Positions 39,749 to 53,593 are shown, counted from the stretch's first letter. The stretch: DNA of 64,000 nucleotides from Eledone cirrhosa (GCA_964016885.1 OZ024743.1:4092001-4156000); one strand, 5' to 3'. Translations and numbers: made by a program. Notes: generated by a model from the letters alone, not told the origin.

Positions 39749-39824
<76 letters not shown>

Positions 39825-39875
39825 ATATAAAATAAAATAAATAAGTCAAATATTTAACATTTGGCTTCGTTTATT

Positions 39876-39930
39876 ACTGCTATATATATTTCGGTCACAG
39901 CCATCTTTGGCTGTGACCTCTTCAGGCAGT
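39876..39930 (-). ncRNA. Type I HHR
   Basis: Reverse complement: actgc CTGAAGA ggtcacagcca-aaga-tggctgtgacc GAAA tatata TA gcagt; perfect stems I and II; truncated relative at about 12402-12460. Confidence 0.92.
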
Positions 39931-40260
39931 CCGAATTGGTGTGGTAGAGACGGGTACACATGTTGTTGAGGTCTTTAACTTCGTCAGTACTCCGATATGC
40001 CCAGTTCCTGGTTGGGTTGTTATTTCTCTGAGGAACTGGAATCGATATCTATATATATATATATATAAAGAAAAAGGGATGAAATCGAAAATGCAACTGA
40101 AGTCTTATTTTTTTAAAAATATATATATTTATTTGGTTCCTTTACCGGTTTCGCAGTTCTTCTGCTTTTCAAAAGGTGAGTTGAGATGGAGAGTTTGTGG
40201 TTTTTCTCACAGATGTGAGAAAAACCACAGACCCTCCATTTTGTAAAAAAAAACCTCACT

Positions 40261-40331
<71 letters not shown>

Positions 40332-40334
<3 letters not shown>

Positions 40335-40543
40335 CGAAGGAAGTGTGGTAAGGAACCAGATGGACCATAACGCACCAGAGTACTCAATACTTAGGTTAGT
40401 AGAGTGGATAATAGGAAAATGTTTAACCCCGACGGCAGACCTCAAGCCGTTTCGACGGCTATTTCTGGACTATTTCGTTCAGAAATAGTCCAGAAATAGC
40501 CGTCGAAACGGCTTGAGCTCTGCCGCCGGGGTTAAACATTTTC
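40332..40543. mobile_element. Family P element: full minus copy plus partial inverted copy in (TA)n
   Basis: Homologous to 23831-24019. Confidence 0.85.
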
Positions 40544-41653
40544 ATATATATATAACAGCCCCACATTATATACTAACGGATAGTACGAACTATACGCGGA
40601 TATTTTACGTCTTGATGTGGTAGCTAAGTATATGTTATGTTTATACCATTACTTATTTGTATAGGTAAGTATATATTACCTGTATGTTTTGTGAAGGTAC
40701 GTATACTTTCTCGTACGTATATTTGATTGTATATGTTATGGCGTATATATTATACATTCTGGTACATATACATTTGGTTATGTGTATACGCGTGTTTTGC
40801 GTATGTGTGAGTATGCGGGTTCGTACGTATGTAGGGTGTGTGTATATGTGTACTTTGTGTTTTGGTTGACGTAGGTCTCCGAACATATGTGTATTTACAT
40901 GTAGGTATGTGTGTGCGCGCGTTATATACGTATTTCTTTATTTATATACGTTTATTTAATTATATGTATACACGCACACGCACACACACATATATATATA
41001 TATTTTTATATATATTTTTATGTGTATTTGGTGTATATATTCGTATGCGTGCGGGTACAGGCGTTGCGTAGGTTCTGTATGTGCGTGCGGGTTTTTTTTT
41101 GTGTACGTACTTGTATTTGTATACCTATGGCGAGTGTTTTCGCGTATGCTTGTGTTTGTACGTATATGGATGCGTGTATGTATTTAATTTCAATTACCTC
41201 TGTATTTTATTTACTTTATTCTTAACTCTGAAGCCGAGAATCATTCGGTTTCCTAGTTAGAATTTTAGTCTACGTGGTTTTGTCTTTGCTTGCAATTGTT
41301 CTCCCCGCTCCACATATGACGTATTATGTTAGTTTTTTTCGTTCATTGCCAGAGAACGTCTCCATGAACCACCTAATAGAATATTAGTCTACGACTTCTT
41401 TTATACCATAAACGTGGTTCTGTCTTTGCGTGTAATTGTTTTTCACCGCTCCAAATAATGACGTATTATCTTCGTTTTTACCCGTTCTTTGACAGAGAAC
41501 GTTTCCACGAACCAAATTATCGTCTTCCTGTCTTCCTCCGGCTGCAACGTTTTTTGAAATATTTACTTCTGCGTTCACAGATTGACTTTTTTAGTTTCAG
41601 AAGATCCCGTTAAGGGTGAAAGCAGCGATTCTTTGCTTAAACTTTAATCTGTG

Positions 41654-41696
<43 letters not shown>

Positions 41697-41723
<27 letters not shown>

Positions 41724-41945
41724 TTTGGGGAGGGGAGAAAGAAAAGAGAGAGGGACAGAAAGTGAGAGAGAGAGAGAGGGGGGAGAGAGAGTGAGAGGGG
41801 GAAGAGAGAGAGCGAGATTGGGGAGGGGAGAAAGAAAAGAGAGGGACAGAAAGAGAGAGAGAGAGATTGGGGAGGGGAGAAAGAAAAGAGAGAGGGACAG
41901 AAAGTGAGAGAGAGAGAGAGAGAGAGGGGGGAGAGAGAGTGAGAG

Positions 41946-42008
<63 letters not shown>
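41697..42008. repeat. (GA)n purine-rich compound repeat
   Basis: Directly visible. Confidence 0.95.
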
Positions 42009-42011
<3 letters not shown>

Positions 42012-42869
42012 TGCATAAATAAGTACAACAAAGTCATCGTAATTTAGTGGGTATATGTTTGAAAACGTAAATGTGGAAGAAAACTATTATGATTTAAATG
42101 AACATAAAATGAAATATGGCAATAATAGGATTGACAACAGATGAAATCGAGTCAACCATCTTTACATAAAATGCTAACTAATATTTTTTATAAACTCCGT
42201 CATTCTTGAAGGGTGTTATCCTCGTATATTTATTTTTTAATTAAATTAAAGTCTTCCAACAAATTAATCAGGCCTGTGCTTATCTCCGGTTTCAATTTAT
42301 ATCGGCGTTAAGTGACTGAGTATACAAGACTTCCCTTGGACAGGTTACCAGCGAGAAGTTAATGTAATTTGGTTAGCATGGTAACTAATTCGAATTCAAA
42401 ATATAACAAAACAAAAAAGATAAAGGTAGCTTACTCAGCAAAATAAATAATAAATAAATAAATAAAACGAAACAAAATAATGTAATGGAAATCGAAACTA
42501 GGTTACATTGACCAGCATTGATGGCTTCATAAATGTTAAGAATCGTTAAGTTACAAGACTATTTATGAGGTAGGAGATTAACTGGAAACGTATGAGGACA
42601 TGGCTCGATTAACAGTATCATTAACATATGCACAGATAATAAGACACACTGGCACATATAGGCCGTTGGTGGAGATGGTAGAAGACTACCGGGTTTATAT
42701 ATATGTACGACTTAAATTTTAGATGAATGGGTATCAATAATTTCCTTTAACGAACAAAGGGTTTCACGGAAAGTAGTTTTATATGTTTCTGTCAGCATTT
42801 CATAGAAAATTTCCTGTGCGAATAAAATATAGATTGAGAGGAATTTGAAGTGATGTCCACATACCACTG

Positions 42870-43650
42870 GAGGCGGTCAATTGACAGTCATTAGAACGTC
42901 GGACAGAATGCTTTATGGTATTCGTTTCGGCTCTCTGCTCTCTGAGTTCAAATCCCACGGAGGTCAACTTTGCCCTTCATCCTTTCGAGGTCTATACAAA
43001 AGGTACTAGTCTAGTACTGGGATCAATTCTTCCTCTATTTCTCATTTCATCTCTCTCACTTACTATCTTTCACTGGAAGAAATATGCTGTACTCAGGCCT
43101 GGAAAGGTGGGCTCCACCAGGCTTAAAATGCTCAAGAAACGCCGTATGTCATTACGGCGCTCCTATGACTCTATCAGGAGTTACAGAACCATACATACGT
43201 CACATACCATTTAAAGTTGTTTTTCGCCGTAATTATACATTATTACGTTATATCAAGTTCAAATCCCGCCAAGGTTAACTTTACCTTTCATCCTTACGGG
43301 GTCGATAAAATAAAGTACCAGTAATGTACTGGTTAATTGCTGGCCTGGTGCCAAAAGTAGAAACAATTATTACGTTATATATTGAGCCAAAACGTTACGA
43401 TCTAGTGAGCAGTTGTTGGTATCAGTGCAGTTGTTTGATTCGGATTTTGTTCTTTATTAAGGTTGGAGATATAGGACGACACTAAATTAAGATCAACATT
43501 TAGGGTAGTGAAACCATTATTATTATTAAAATCTTGTTCAAATCCCGCCGAGGTTGACTTTGCTTTCATCCTTACGGGGTCGATAAAATAAAGTACCAGT
43601 AATGCACTGGGTAATTGCTGACCTTGTGCATAAAGTAGAAACAATTATTA
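42870..43650 (+). mobile_element. Cluster of three family-1 SINE copies (about 42870-43025, 43255-43372, 43536-43650)
   Basis: Each has gttcaaatccc followed by the family core. Confidence 0.8.
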
Positions 43651-43799
43651 AAATCTTGTATTATTTATGATTTAAAGTAATATGCTTTCACGGCATTTAC
43701 CAATATCGAGCTAGTCGCGTAGCGACAATGATATCGATTGAAAGCATAGACCAAGTCACATTTCTTTCTCTGCTTCTGAAGCAGAGGTTAAGTACCAAC

Positions 43800-44150
43800 A
43801 TAAAGGTCTCTTTGTACTAATTCTTTATTGAAGTATTTGGATGCATTAGAGAAAATCTCTTGATTAACCAAAAGTTGGTGAAATTCAAGTGAGCTACTTG
43901 GAATCAGGTTTTGAATTATATCTATTGATATAGTTATGTACTTTGACAGTTTTCTGGTATGGCGAATGAAATGATTTGTATGGGTTGAGGATAACATGAA
44001 ATAGATCACTGTTTTAGAATAAGCTTCATGACAAAGCTATGATTAGCACGATTATCATTGTCACGGATTCCTGGAGAATAAAATTGTCACACGCATAACA
44101 TTTCTTTTAGAGCTAGCAAGAACTTCTGCCAAGTTTGGTGTGGAGCTCTT
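43800..44150 (-). pseudogene. Scrambled PLE relic
   Basis: NQEIFSNASKYFNKEL and SSTPNLAEVL parallel NEDIFNQAADYYNRAL and STTPNLADII of the 34191-36680 ORF. Confidence 0.5.
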
Positions 44151-45947
44151 GCTATATACCACATAAGACAAAATACACCACCGAATTGTTTGAAACACAT
44201 ACCCTTTTTCATCTCTTTATCCCTCTATGTTTAATACTATAGCCCCTACTTCTCTAAAGTAGTTGTAAATCCAATTCTCACAAATCCACCAAAAACAATC
44301 ATGGCTCCTCATTCCTATATTGTTTTCCGACACCGAATCCTAAATTAAACAGTTCACCTATTCAATACTCAATGAAAATGAAACGTCTAGTTTTCTGTCG
44401 ACACCAATCTTATGTTTAGTTGTGGAGATGAACATTCAGATGTGTTCATGCGAAACATTAACTCCATTGATAGTATTCTTAATGATCGTAAACACAGCCT
44501 TTCTTACATAGACAAACTTAGAAACATTATATTATCAGGTAATGTGTTTGTCAATACTAGAGACAAGGTACTTGATAATATGTTTAATATGAGAATTGAA
44601 AGGCAAAAATTGACGTGTATGTGAGGACCTTGCTGATTGAATTCCTCAATGTCGATCGATAGTCGTTTTATGAGAGCAGAATCATTAACTGTAGTGAAAA
44701 GGACCAAGATATGATACGGAACAAAGGTAGAGTAGTGACTGAAGGCTGCTAATATAGCCTTAGTCCCTATTATGTGAATAAAGCATTTAAGTGCAGGTAA
44801 ACAAGTGCGTCAATCAATTATGATTGAATCATACTACAAATTAGCTACATAGCAGCGTGTTGTATAGCGTTAGGAAGCGGTGCAGGCGAAAATCATTTTG
44901 TGATTCCGACACGTGAACTGTGTATTATAAGGCATCCCATTCGAGACTAAGGAAAATAACGAGCCTAAAATAGTCTAAACGTGTCATTGGCCTGCATATG
45001 TTTATCGTCAATTATTGATTTCTTGGTGCTGTAAGGTTTGAATTCCTGTTTAGGAGGAACTGAAATGTTGTAAATAATTTGCAATAAAAATCATTATTTT
45101 GAATCTATTAAAGTATTTCCATTGTTTGTCAAATCATGCAAATTTATGGCACTATGGAAACAGGGGGTTGTTGTATGTGAATCTCGTAAAAATTTAGAGG
45201 TTTGAAAATAGTGTCAGAATAAATTGAAAATGATCTATGACAGGGATCATAAAGAAAATGATTGTTATGTGACACATTGTTTTCCTTAAAATATCAGAGT
45301 TATGGTATGTCGTTTAAGTTGGAGGAAGAATAACAGTCGATCTATACTGCAAATGGTAACATGATCGACTCTTTAAGCATTATATACATCATTCAAGTTC
45401 AAATAATGAGCCTGATTTTAGATTGAGTACCAAATTGGTGTTTCAAATAATTTAATATAATCTATTTGGAAGTTGTTAAATTATCTAATACTGTAGGTTT
45501 ACATTTTGAAATTACCTCTGATAGAATAGCTCTTATTTAGATGGAGAGAAAGCGTACTAAACTAGTCCTTATAGTATTTTAGAATGTGTTAAGATGCAGT
45601 GATAAAGCATCAGTTACTGATCGTGTATGTGAAGATAACGCAATGGACGTGACAGAGAAATATTCTTTTAAATATAAGTATAAAACTATTCAGGTTAATA
45701 CTTAATATACACACAAAATTCTTAGAATTTCATTCAAAGTTTGCAAGATTTTTCTGCTTTATAAAGAATATATATATAGGATTTGCATAATTCCGATGAG
45801 ATCCTTGAACATGCAATGCCCTCCTCGTCTTCCTATTATAAGCGATCCTTTCCAGAGTGAGCAGTGGTATTCCTGTGTCCTCTTAAATTTGATACGTCCA
45901 TATTGTGACGAATATCCTATGTTGTCCAAGGGAAGCTTAAGGATATA

Positions 45948-46833
45948 TATATATTGAGTTAAGAACTCAGAGTAGTCTCTTACAATTAGATAGCTTTAAG
46001 AAAAAAGCTTTTCTGAGCCGTACAATATAATTGAATAAACAAGAGAGATGAACACTAATATAAACATACATGTGTTCGAATCGTAAGGACCAAATTTGCT
46101 AGGGTGAAAAAATACTAACTACAGCAATATGGTTTATTATCCTTAACTTTAAATATTATATTAAGAAAAATAAAGAAAAATAACAGACCTATATTGGACA
46201 AAACGCCTGGTAACAACTAGACAGTATTGGAGACTGTTTCGCAACATCTTATTAAGTGAATTATCGCACGAACACATGTATGTTTATATTAGTATTCATC
46301 TCTCTTGTTTATTCAATTATATTGTACGGCTCGGAAAAGCTTTTTTATTAGAGCTATTTAATTGTAAGAGACTACTTTGAGTTCTTAACTCAATATATAT
46401 TTGTCGGCTCCATCACGTAGAGCTAATTTTTAATGTCTTGTCAGCCAGGCTGCTATATTTAACGGCAGGGAATTTCGAGACAAGCTGGGTTCCGAATGAC
46501 ACGTGCGATAATTCATATCGTACACAATTCACTCTCTAATATTTTTAGAAGTGAAAGGATCACTAATTTCTCAACAACTACTGAGGAGCAGAGAAACGTG
46601 AGAACTTCACTTAATAAGATGTTGCGAAACAGTCTCCAATTTTGTCTAGTTGTTACCAGGCGTTTTGCTCAATATAGGTCTGTTATTTTTCTTAATCTTT
46701 CTTAATTTAATATTTAAAGTTAAGGATAACAAACCATATTGCTGTAGTTAGAATTTTTTCACCCTAGCAAATTTGGTTCTTACGATTCGAACACATGTAT
46801 GTTTATATTAGTGTTCATCTCTCTTGTTTATTC

Positions 46834-46840
<7 letters not shown>
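45948..46840. mobile_element. Non-coding unit of about 520 bp, inverted plus partial tandem, next to (TA)n
   Basis: 45948-46270 is an inverted, internally deleted copy; aacacatgtatg recurs at about 46271 and 46790. Confidence 0.7.
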
Positions 46841-46919
<79 letters not shown>

Positions 46920-47326
46920 CGTAAAATAAGAAAATTAAAAAAAAAAAAATTTTTTTTAAAAACTTAAAAATTTTTAGAAGTGGTTTTGGCATTGGCGTAC
47001 ATCTGTGCGCTTATGTTAGTAGATATATTAAATTATCTATATTTATCTCCAAATCACTGATTTGTCGAGCAAACCTGCCAAAACCACTTCTAAAAATTTT
47101 TTTGGGGGGTGTTAGTAGGCGCTTGTCATCTTACCACCCCATTCCTACTGACTAGCCTCTGTGTCACGTGATTGATTCTTTAGAATCGGCCATATGATCA
47201 GTGGCAGTGAGAATTTTCAGTAGCTGGAATCCAGTCCTCGATAGCTGTTCCATTTACCGAATTATTATTATTTTTATATGAGTCGCCAGTGTCCGCGCAT
47301 CGCCTGGAGACTCGGCTGAGAATGAC

Positions 47327-47406
47327 CTCCCTGATGACGCAATGAAATTCTCAACGGTTCATTACGTAACTGTCTTTATCCCATTGCAGAAACTAATTAG
47401 TTGGAG
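47327..47406 (+). ncRNA. Type I HHR, family D (long stem II)
   Basis: ctcc CTGATGA c-gcaatg...cattgc-a GAAA ctaattag TT ggag. Confidence 0.82.
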
Positions 47407-47884
47407 TGAAAATTTAAGTAAGTAAGTTAATTTTAAAAAAAGATTTTTTTTAAAAAATTTTCTTATTTTACGTCTTTTATATTATTGTTCTGCATTCTCC
47501 TGCATCGAACCACCTAGGTACTATGACATAACCTGTGTATTTGCTGGCATTGGCGTACATCTGTGCGCTTATGTTAGTAGATATATTAAATTATCTATAT
47601 TTATCTCCAAATCACTGATTTGTCGAGCAAACCTGCCAAAACCACTTCTAAAAATTTTTTTTGGGGGTGTTAGTAGGCGCTTGTCATCTTACCACCCCAT
47701 TCCTACTGACTAGCCTCTGTGTCACGTGATTGATTCTTTAGAATAAGCCATATGATCAGTGGTAGTGAGAATTTTCAGTAGCTGGAATCCAGTCCTCGAT
47801 AGCTGTTCCATTTACCGAATTATTATTATTTTTATATGAGTCGCCAGTGTCCGCGCATCGCCTGGAGACTCGGCTGAGAATGAC

Positions 47885-47964
47885 CTCCCTGATGACGCAA
47901 TGAAATTCTCAGCGGTTCATTACGTAACTGTCTTTATCCCATTGCAGAAACTAATTAGTTGGAG
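47885..47964 (+). ncRNA. Type I HHR, family D, second copy
   Basis: Same motif 558 bp downstream. Confidence 0.82.
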
Positions 47965-48146
47965 TGAAAATTTAAGTAAGTTAATTTTAAAAAAAAATTT
48001 TTTTTTTAAATTTTCTTATTTTACGTCTTTTATATTATTGTTCTGCATTCTCCTGCATCGAACCACCTAGGTACTATGACATAACCTGTGTATTTGCTGG
48101 CATTGGCGTACATCTGTGCGCTTATGTTAGTAGATATATTAAATTA

Positions 48147-48182
<36 letters not shown>

Positions 48183-48979
48183 GGCAAGATCGCCTACGCA
48201 GCGTTTAGCGATGTGTGACATCAATGTTATGCGCAGCATCTTCAATTCCTATCTTAAGAATAAGAATATAATAGATTTCAATAGTTTTCAATCATAAGAA
48301 TAGTTTGTATTAGACATTTCTATGACATTATTAGGCTAATCAAAAGACGGATTCTAGTCTTATGTCAACGATTTGATGAATTTATATTGTAAATTATTTG
48401 GGCAATTCTAAAGCTTTTTGAATTACTTTTCTTATCCTTTGAGTTAATCATTCCCTTTGTTGCCAGAACAATGTGGATACTACAATAAATATTTTAAGAC
48501 ATTTACTAACGAACTTCTACATTTCTTGTCATAACCCCGCTGATTACAACGTTAATCCTGATTTATCCTCACCATTAATTCCAGGAACGCCTCACAGCAC
48601 ACACTGCTAATCTAGCATTTTACAGACCTGTTAACTCTTCTCCGTCCGACGGAGAGAGCTCCCACCCACTTAGGGGTGGGTGAGAGATGTCTTCTCTTGT
48701 GAAAATTGGTATAGCTTTCATTATGTAAAATCTCCCCATTTTGCCTCATTTCTCCCCGCTTTAGGGCACCTTTTTTATGGTACTCCTCATTTGGGTTTTT
48801 AGATGTTTTCAGATCTGCTTCTGTCCTCCTTTCTGTCCCCTGAACTGCTGGTTAAACCCATAAAATTCAGGTATAACATGGAAATGATATAACTTAGTAA
48901 GGAATTGTGCCCTCCCAAGTATCAATACCGGCGTTGGACCTCAGCCTGTACTGAGTACGGGCATTATAGTTAATGCGAT

Positions 48980-49195
48980 TACCGGAACAGTCTGTCCGCG
49001 AAATTTATGTGCAAGTGACTGGATATTCCACAGACACGTATACTCATAACGTTGTTCTCAATGTGTAAGCATCACTCAGTATGGGACAAGGCTGGTCATC
49101 TGAATTACAACTCATAACGTGCTCACTAGAATCGAACTTACAACCTTATCATCATAAGTCAAACATCCTAACCCCTAAGACACTCACCTTCACAT
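48980..49195 (-). mobile_element. Degenerate SINE (family 2)
   Basis: gtgcaagtgactggatattccacagacacg...gacaaggctgg...gaatcgaact (antisense B-box-like). Confidence 0.55.
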
Positions 49196-50389
49196 GAATT
49201 AATATATAATTAGGTCAGCCAGTACAATAGTCGTTAAGAGATTTGTCCATGCATACAACAAATAGCTACTGACAGGAATCGAATCTCTTCGGCCTCTTTC
49301 TAGTTACTAATGATTTGTTAATTTGTGAGTCAATAAAATATGCTAGATGATATGAAGAACTTTTAAGAAGGTGAAAATCTGTGTAGAAACATGACGAAAA
49401 TATAGAGAAGCGCTCTGATTGTCCGTATTAACATTAGTCAGTAGCAGCAGCAACGGTGATGAGGAAAGGTGCTTGTTGTATATTCGTGGTAGTAAAGGTG
49501 GGACAGGAGGAGAAATGTACATAATTATTATTTTAGAAATTTAGATAATAGCAATAATCGTAAAAATTAATGATTTATTGAATTATAACAAAGACGGTTA
49601 ACAATTGGAAACGTGTTGAATTAGAAAGCAAATTAAATGATATTGGTGATCCTTATAATGATTATGAGGGTAAGAATGAAAATGATAAAAATACATCAAC
49701 AAATAAAAAACAATACATCCGACAAGAATGAAAACATACTTTTAATGATCGTATATAATTATAGCAATATAATGATGTTATAACTGTCAGCTGTGGGGAT
49801 AGATACATCAATTAGATGTTGAAATGTTTCTATATTAAATACCCAAACTTTTTTGTCCAGGAGAAATTACTTTGAAAAGATGTAGATTGTAGAGGGGGGG
49901 GGGGGGGTATCTTTGGAAACAATCCCGACGAGGTCAACTTTGTCATTCATCATTCTGTGGTCGATGGAATAAAGTACCAGTCCACTTCTAGTCGTGATTA
50001 TCGACTTTCACCTCATCCTAAATTGCGAGTCTCATGCCTAAATTAGAAACAAATTGACCTTGGCAAGATTTGAACTCTGAGTTCAAATCCCACCGAAGTC
50101 AATTTTACCTGTCATCGTTTCGAGAAATCTGCTGTGTTCAAACCTGGAGAAGGATGGGCTCTGCCAGACTTAAAATACTAAAGAAACACTGCATGTCAAT
50201 ACGGCGCCCCTACGACTATCTAAGGAGTTATGGGATTATGCATGCAAATAGTATATTCACAAAGCATCTTACTCGATCACGCAGCACATCAAATTTGAAA
50301 TATTAAAACGATTATCCGTATATAATATTGTGAAAAGATTCCTATGTTACAGGTAATAATATCTAGCGATTCATAATTCCAAAGCCGGC

Positions 50390-50790
50390 CATTGATCGCT
50401 CGTATACAGGAAACTGACTGGCCAGTCTGCTGATATGCAAATCTGGCTGATCAGTGGATGTGCTAATATGCAGATCTGACTGATCAGCCAGTCTGCTAAT
50501 ATGCAAATCAGGCCGATCAGTCACTGTATATTTTAGAAAATATCATATATTTTCACTAGCTCTGACAGTTGGGAGGTGAACAGAAAATAGCACTGACGAG
50601 GGGTAATCACTCAGAAACATTAGTGTCTGCCGTTCTGTTTATATGCCAACACAAGAGCAAGAATGAGGGGCTCATTCTACTGACATGGCTTAAAAGAGGA
50701 TGTTTGCATAATCGCAAATGAATCGAATATCATTATTGATATTCGAAAATCTGAGATTACATTTACTGTATTCAGCCATGTAGAGCGATA
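50390..50790 (+). mobile_element. Dispersed monomer of family A
   Basis: Homologous to 12822-13705. Confidence 0.8.
50586..50634 (+). ncRNA. Type I HHR, family A
   Basis: aatagca CTGACGA ggggtaatcactca GAAA cattagtg TC tgccgtt. Confidence 0.75.
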
Positions 50791-51024
50791 ACATTTTTTT
50801 CTTAACTTAATTAATTTTATATTTTATTTCATATGATTCACTCCAATTGTTTTTTTATTTTGTTTTATATGATTCACTCCAATAATAGATTATGAACCCA
50901 GACTAGCCTGTGTTAGGTTAAGTCAGTACATGTGTTTTCTTAACTATTAAAATTCTATATCAGACATTTTGCGAGTAATATTATCATTCATCGTAACTTT
51001 CGAAGTGACCTGCTGTTCCGTTAT

Positions 51025-51412
51025 TTGGCTTTCCTCCACTTATGTATTGAAAATGTTGGCTTTCCTCCACTTATGTATTGAAATGTTGGCTTTCCTCCAC
51101 TTATGAATTGAAAATGTTGGGTTTCCTCCACTTATGAATTGAAAATGTTTGCTTTCCTCCACTTATGTATTGAAAATGTTGGGTTTCCTCCACTTATGAA
51201 TTGAAAATGTTGGGTTTCCTCCACTTATGAATTGAAAATGTTTGCTTTCTTCCACTTATGTATTGAAAATGTTGGGTTTCCTCCACTTATGAATTGAAAA
51301 TGTTGGGTTTCCTCCACTTATGTATTGAAATGTTGGCTTTCCTCCACTTATGTATTGAAAATGTTGGGTTTCCTCCACTTATGAATTGAAAATGTTGGCT
51401 TTCCTCCACTTG
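51025..51412. repeat. 30-31-bp minisatellite, about 13 copies
   Basis: Unit ttgg(c/g)tttcctccacttatg(t/a)attgaaaatg. Confidence 0.97.
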
Positions 51413-52420
51413 TCCTTGAATCTTTCCAGGTGAGCGTCCAGCATATGGAGTTTAAGCGACATCCTGCATCCCATGGCGCCAAAAGCCTTTATCAGATCCT
51501 GCACCAGTTGCTGTTAGTTTTCAGCTCTGTAGTTGCCCAGGAAGCCCTTAACAACTGCCTTGAAACAGTTCCATGTTGTTCTCTCAATCCTATTGAGCTT
51601 ATTGGAGAACTCGGTAGACTCAAACACCTTCTTTATTTGAACTCTAACAAAAATTCCTCTTTGATTTTGGCCTCAGATAACTTGGGGAAGAACTCAAGAA
51701 GGTACTTAAAAGTGGCTGATTCTTGGTTGAGAGCCTTCACAAACTGCTTCATCAACCCCAACTTAATGTGCAGTGGTGGCATGAGCACAATCCTGGAATC
51801 AACCAGTGGCTCCCACATAACATTCCGGGTCTCAACTACAAATTCTGTTCGCTGCTCCCAGTTCTTTCTTTTGTAGTGGTCAGAGGTGGCTCTGCTGTCC
51901 CAAAGGCAGAGGAAGCATTGGAATTTGATAAAGCCTCTTTGGAGTCCAAGCAGGAAAGCCACCATCTTGAAGTCTCCAATAATTTCCCAATTGTACTGGT
52001 TGTATTGCAGAGCTTCCAAGAGGACTTTCACACTGTAGTAATCTTCCTTTCAGGCGGGACTGAATGAGTTAGGGGCAGTGTCGGGAGCTTGTTTCCATTG
52101 TGGAGGAGGAGGACAGCCTTCAAACTTGTGGTGGAGCTGTCTATAAATAGCCGCCACTCCTTGAGCACAAACGGCACCTCAATAACGTCAAATAGTCCAG
52201 ACACGTCATGACAGAAGCAGAGGCCATCCCTAAGAGTGTAGAAGCCTGAGAAAGATTTGTGTCGACTTCTCTGACTTGTCACCTGCATTTCCTCCTTGAC
52301 CAAGTTCCACTGCTTCATCCTGTATTGGACTTGGTCAGACCCATATCCCTGACCAAGTCATTGACTTCTTTTTGGTTTGGGAAGTGAGGAACTTTGTCTG
52401 GTACCCCAGTATCAATAAAT
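51413..52420 (-). pseudogene. Frameshifted DDE transposase, Chapaev3 (CMC)-like
   Basis: EWRLFIDSS..SLKAVLL.HNGN, WEIIGDFKMV..LLGLQ.G..KF.CFLCLWDSR and PPLHIKLGLMKQFVKAL; superfamily label from recall. Confidence 0.75.
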
Positions 52421-52754
52421 CTCTTTATTCCACTTTTTAACAATTTTATACTTTATTGCACTTTTATAATTTTCTTTAGGTATTACTCTTTATTTTATAA
52501 TTTTAATTTAACCTGAAACATATATTAAAAAAATCATTTAACATAAGCAAATTAAACTTACATACAACGTAAAATCCAGCATACAAATAATTCTAGTGAA
52601 TAGCTTAGAATTTTTACAAACCCAAACTTTTAACTATTTAATTTTTTTTTTTAAATTTATTTGGGACCTAAGCAACACTAAAAAGTGATTACAAGCCAGG
52701 AACAGAGAAAGAAAATGTTTTTGTTACACGGTGTATATTATTAGGTAATTATAA

Positions 52755-52960
52755 ATAATGATTTCTACTATAGGCACAAGGCCAGCAATTTGGGGGTAGA
52801 GGGAGTCGATTAAATCGACACCAGTGTATTGCTGGTACTTTATTTTATCGACCTCGTAATGATGAAAGTCAAAGCTAACTTCGACGGGATTTGAACTCAG
52901 ACCGTAAAGAACCGTAATTCTATGCAGCAAAACACGGTGTCCAACGCTCTACCGATTCTC
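52755..52960 (-). mobile_element. tRNA-derived SINE (family 1)
   Basis: Family core and antisense B-box ggatttgaactc. Confidence 0.8.
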
Positions 52961-53178
52961 ACTTTCATTTAAGATTATATTAATAGTGACGTCAGTGAAA
53001 TTCATATAGTGATATATGTGTTATCTTCTTCAATTAAATATGAATCTTATTAAACATTAACTGATATATGTTTAATGAACGTAACATTATGAATATCTTT
53101 GTTTCTTAATTATGATTTACATCATTATCACCCTACGTCAACAAGAAATATTATCTATTACGATGTGATTAATTAGTG

Positions 53179-53255
<77 letters not shown>

Positions 53256-53382
53256 CATACATACATATATATATGTACATACATATATACATATATATAC
53301 ATATATATATATTTATATGTATATACATACACACACACATATATATATATAATGTATATAATATACACACACATGTATATAC

Positions 53383-53418
<36 letters not shown>

Positions 53419-53516
53419 TTGTGTTATAAAGAAGACAGACGGTTTTAAATGTACATCCTCTTTTATTATATAATCCTGTGGTAGCATAACAAAAACAAAA
53501 ACATCACAACTTTCCA

Positions 53517-53587
53517 CCTGTCTGAAGAGAACACGTCAAAGGGTTATTATGGAATCACTTTGATGTCTTCGAAATACGTATAACAGG
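53517..53587 (+). ncRNA. Type I HHR with long stem II
   Basis: cctgt CTGAAGA gaa-c-acgtcaaag...ctttgatgt-c-ttc GAAA tacgta TA acagg. Confidence 0.92.
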
Positions 53588-53593
53588 GTTACA

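Larger units (their letters stand above)
46911..48150 (+). mobile_element. HHR-bearing tandem repeat, family D (about 555-bp unit, 2.1 copies) with inverted 5' stub, between (TA)n tracts
   Basis: ggcattggcgtacatc at 46988, 47546 and 48099; 46911-46990 is made of inverted pieces of the unit. Confidence 0.88.

Noticed and set aside
42870-42960. tRNA gene
   Set aside because: B-box-like motif belongs to a SINE head; no cloverleaf.
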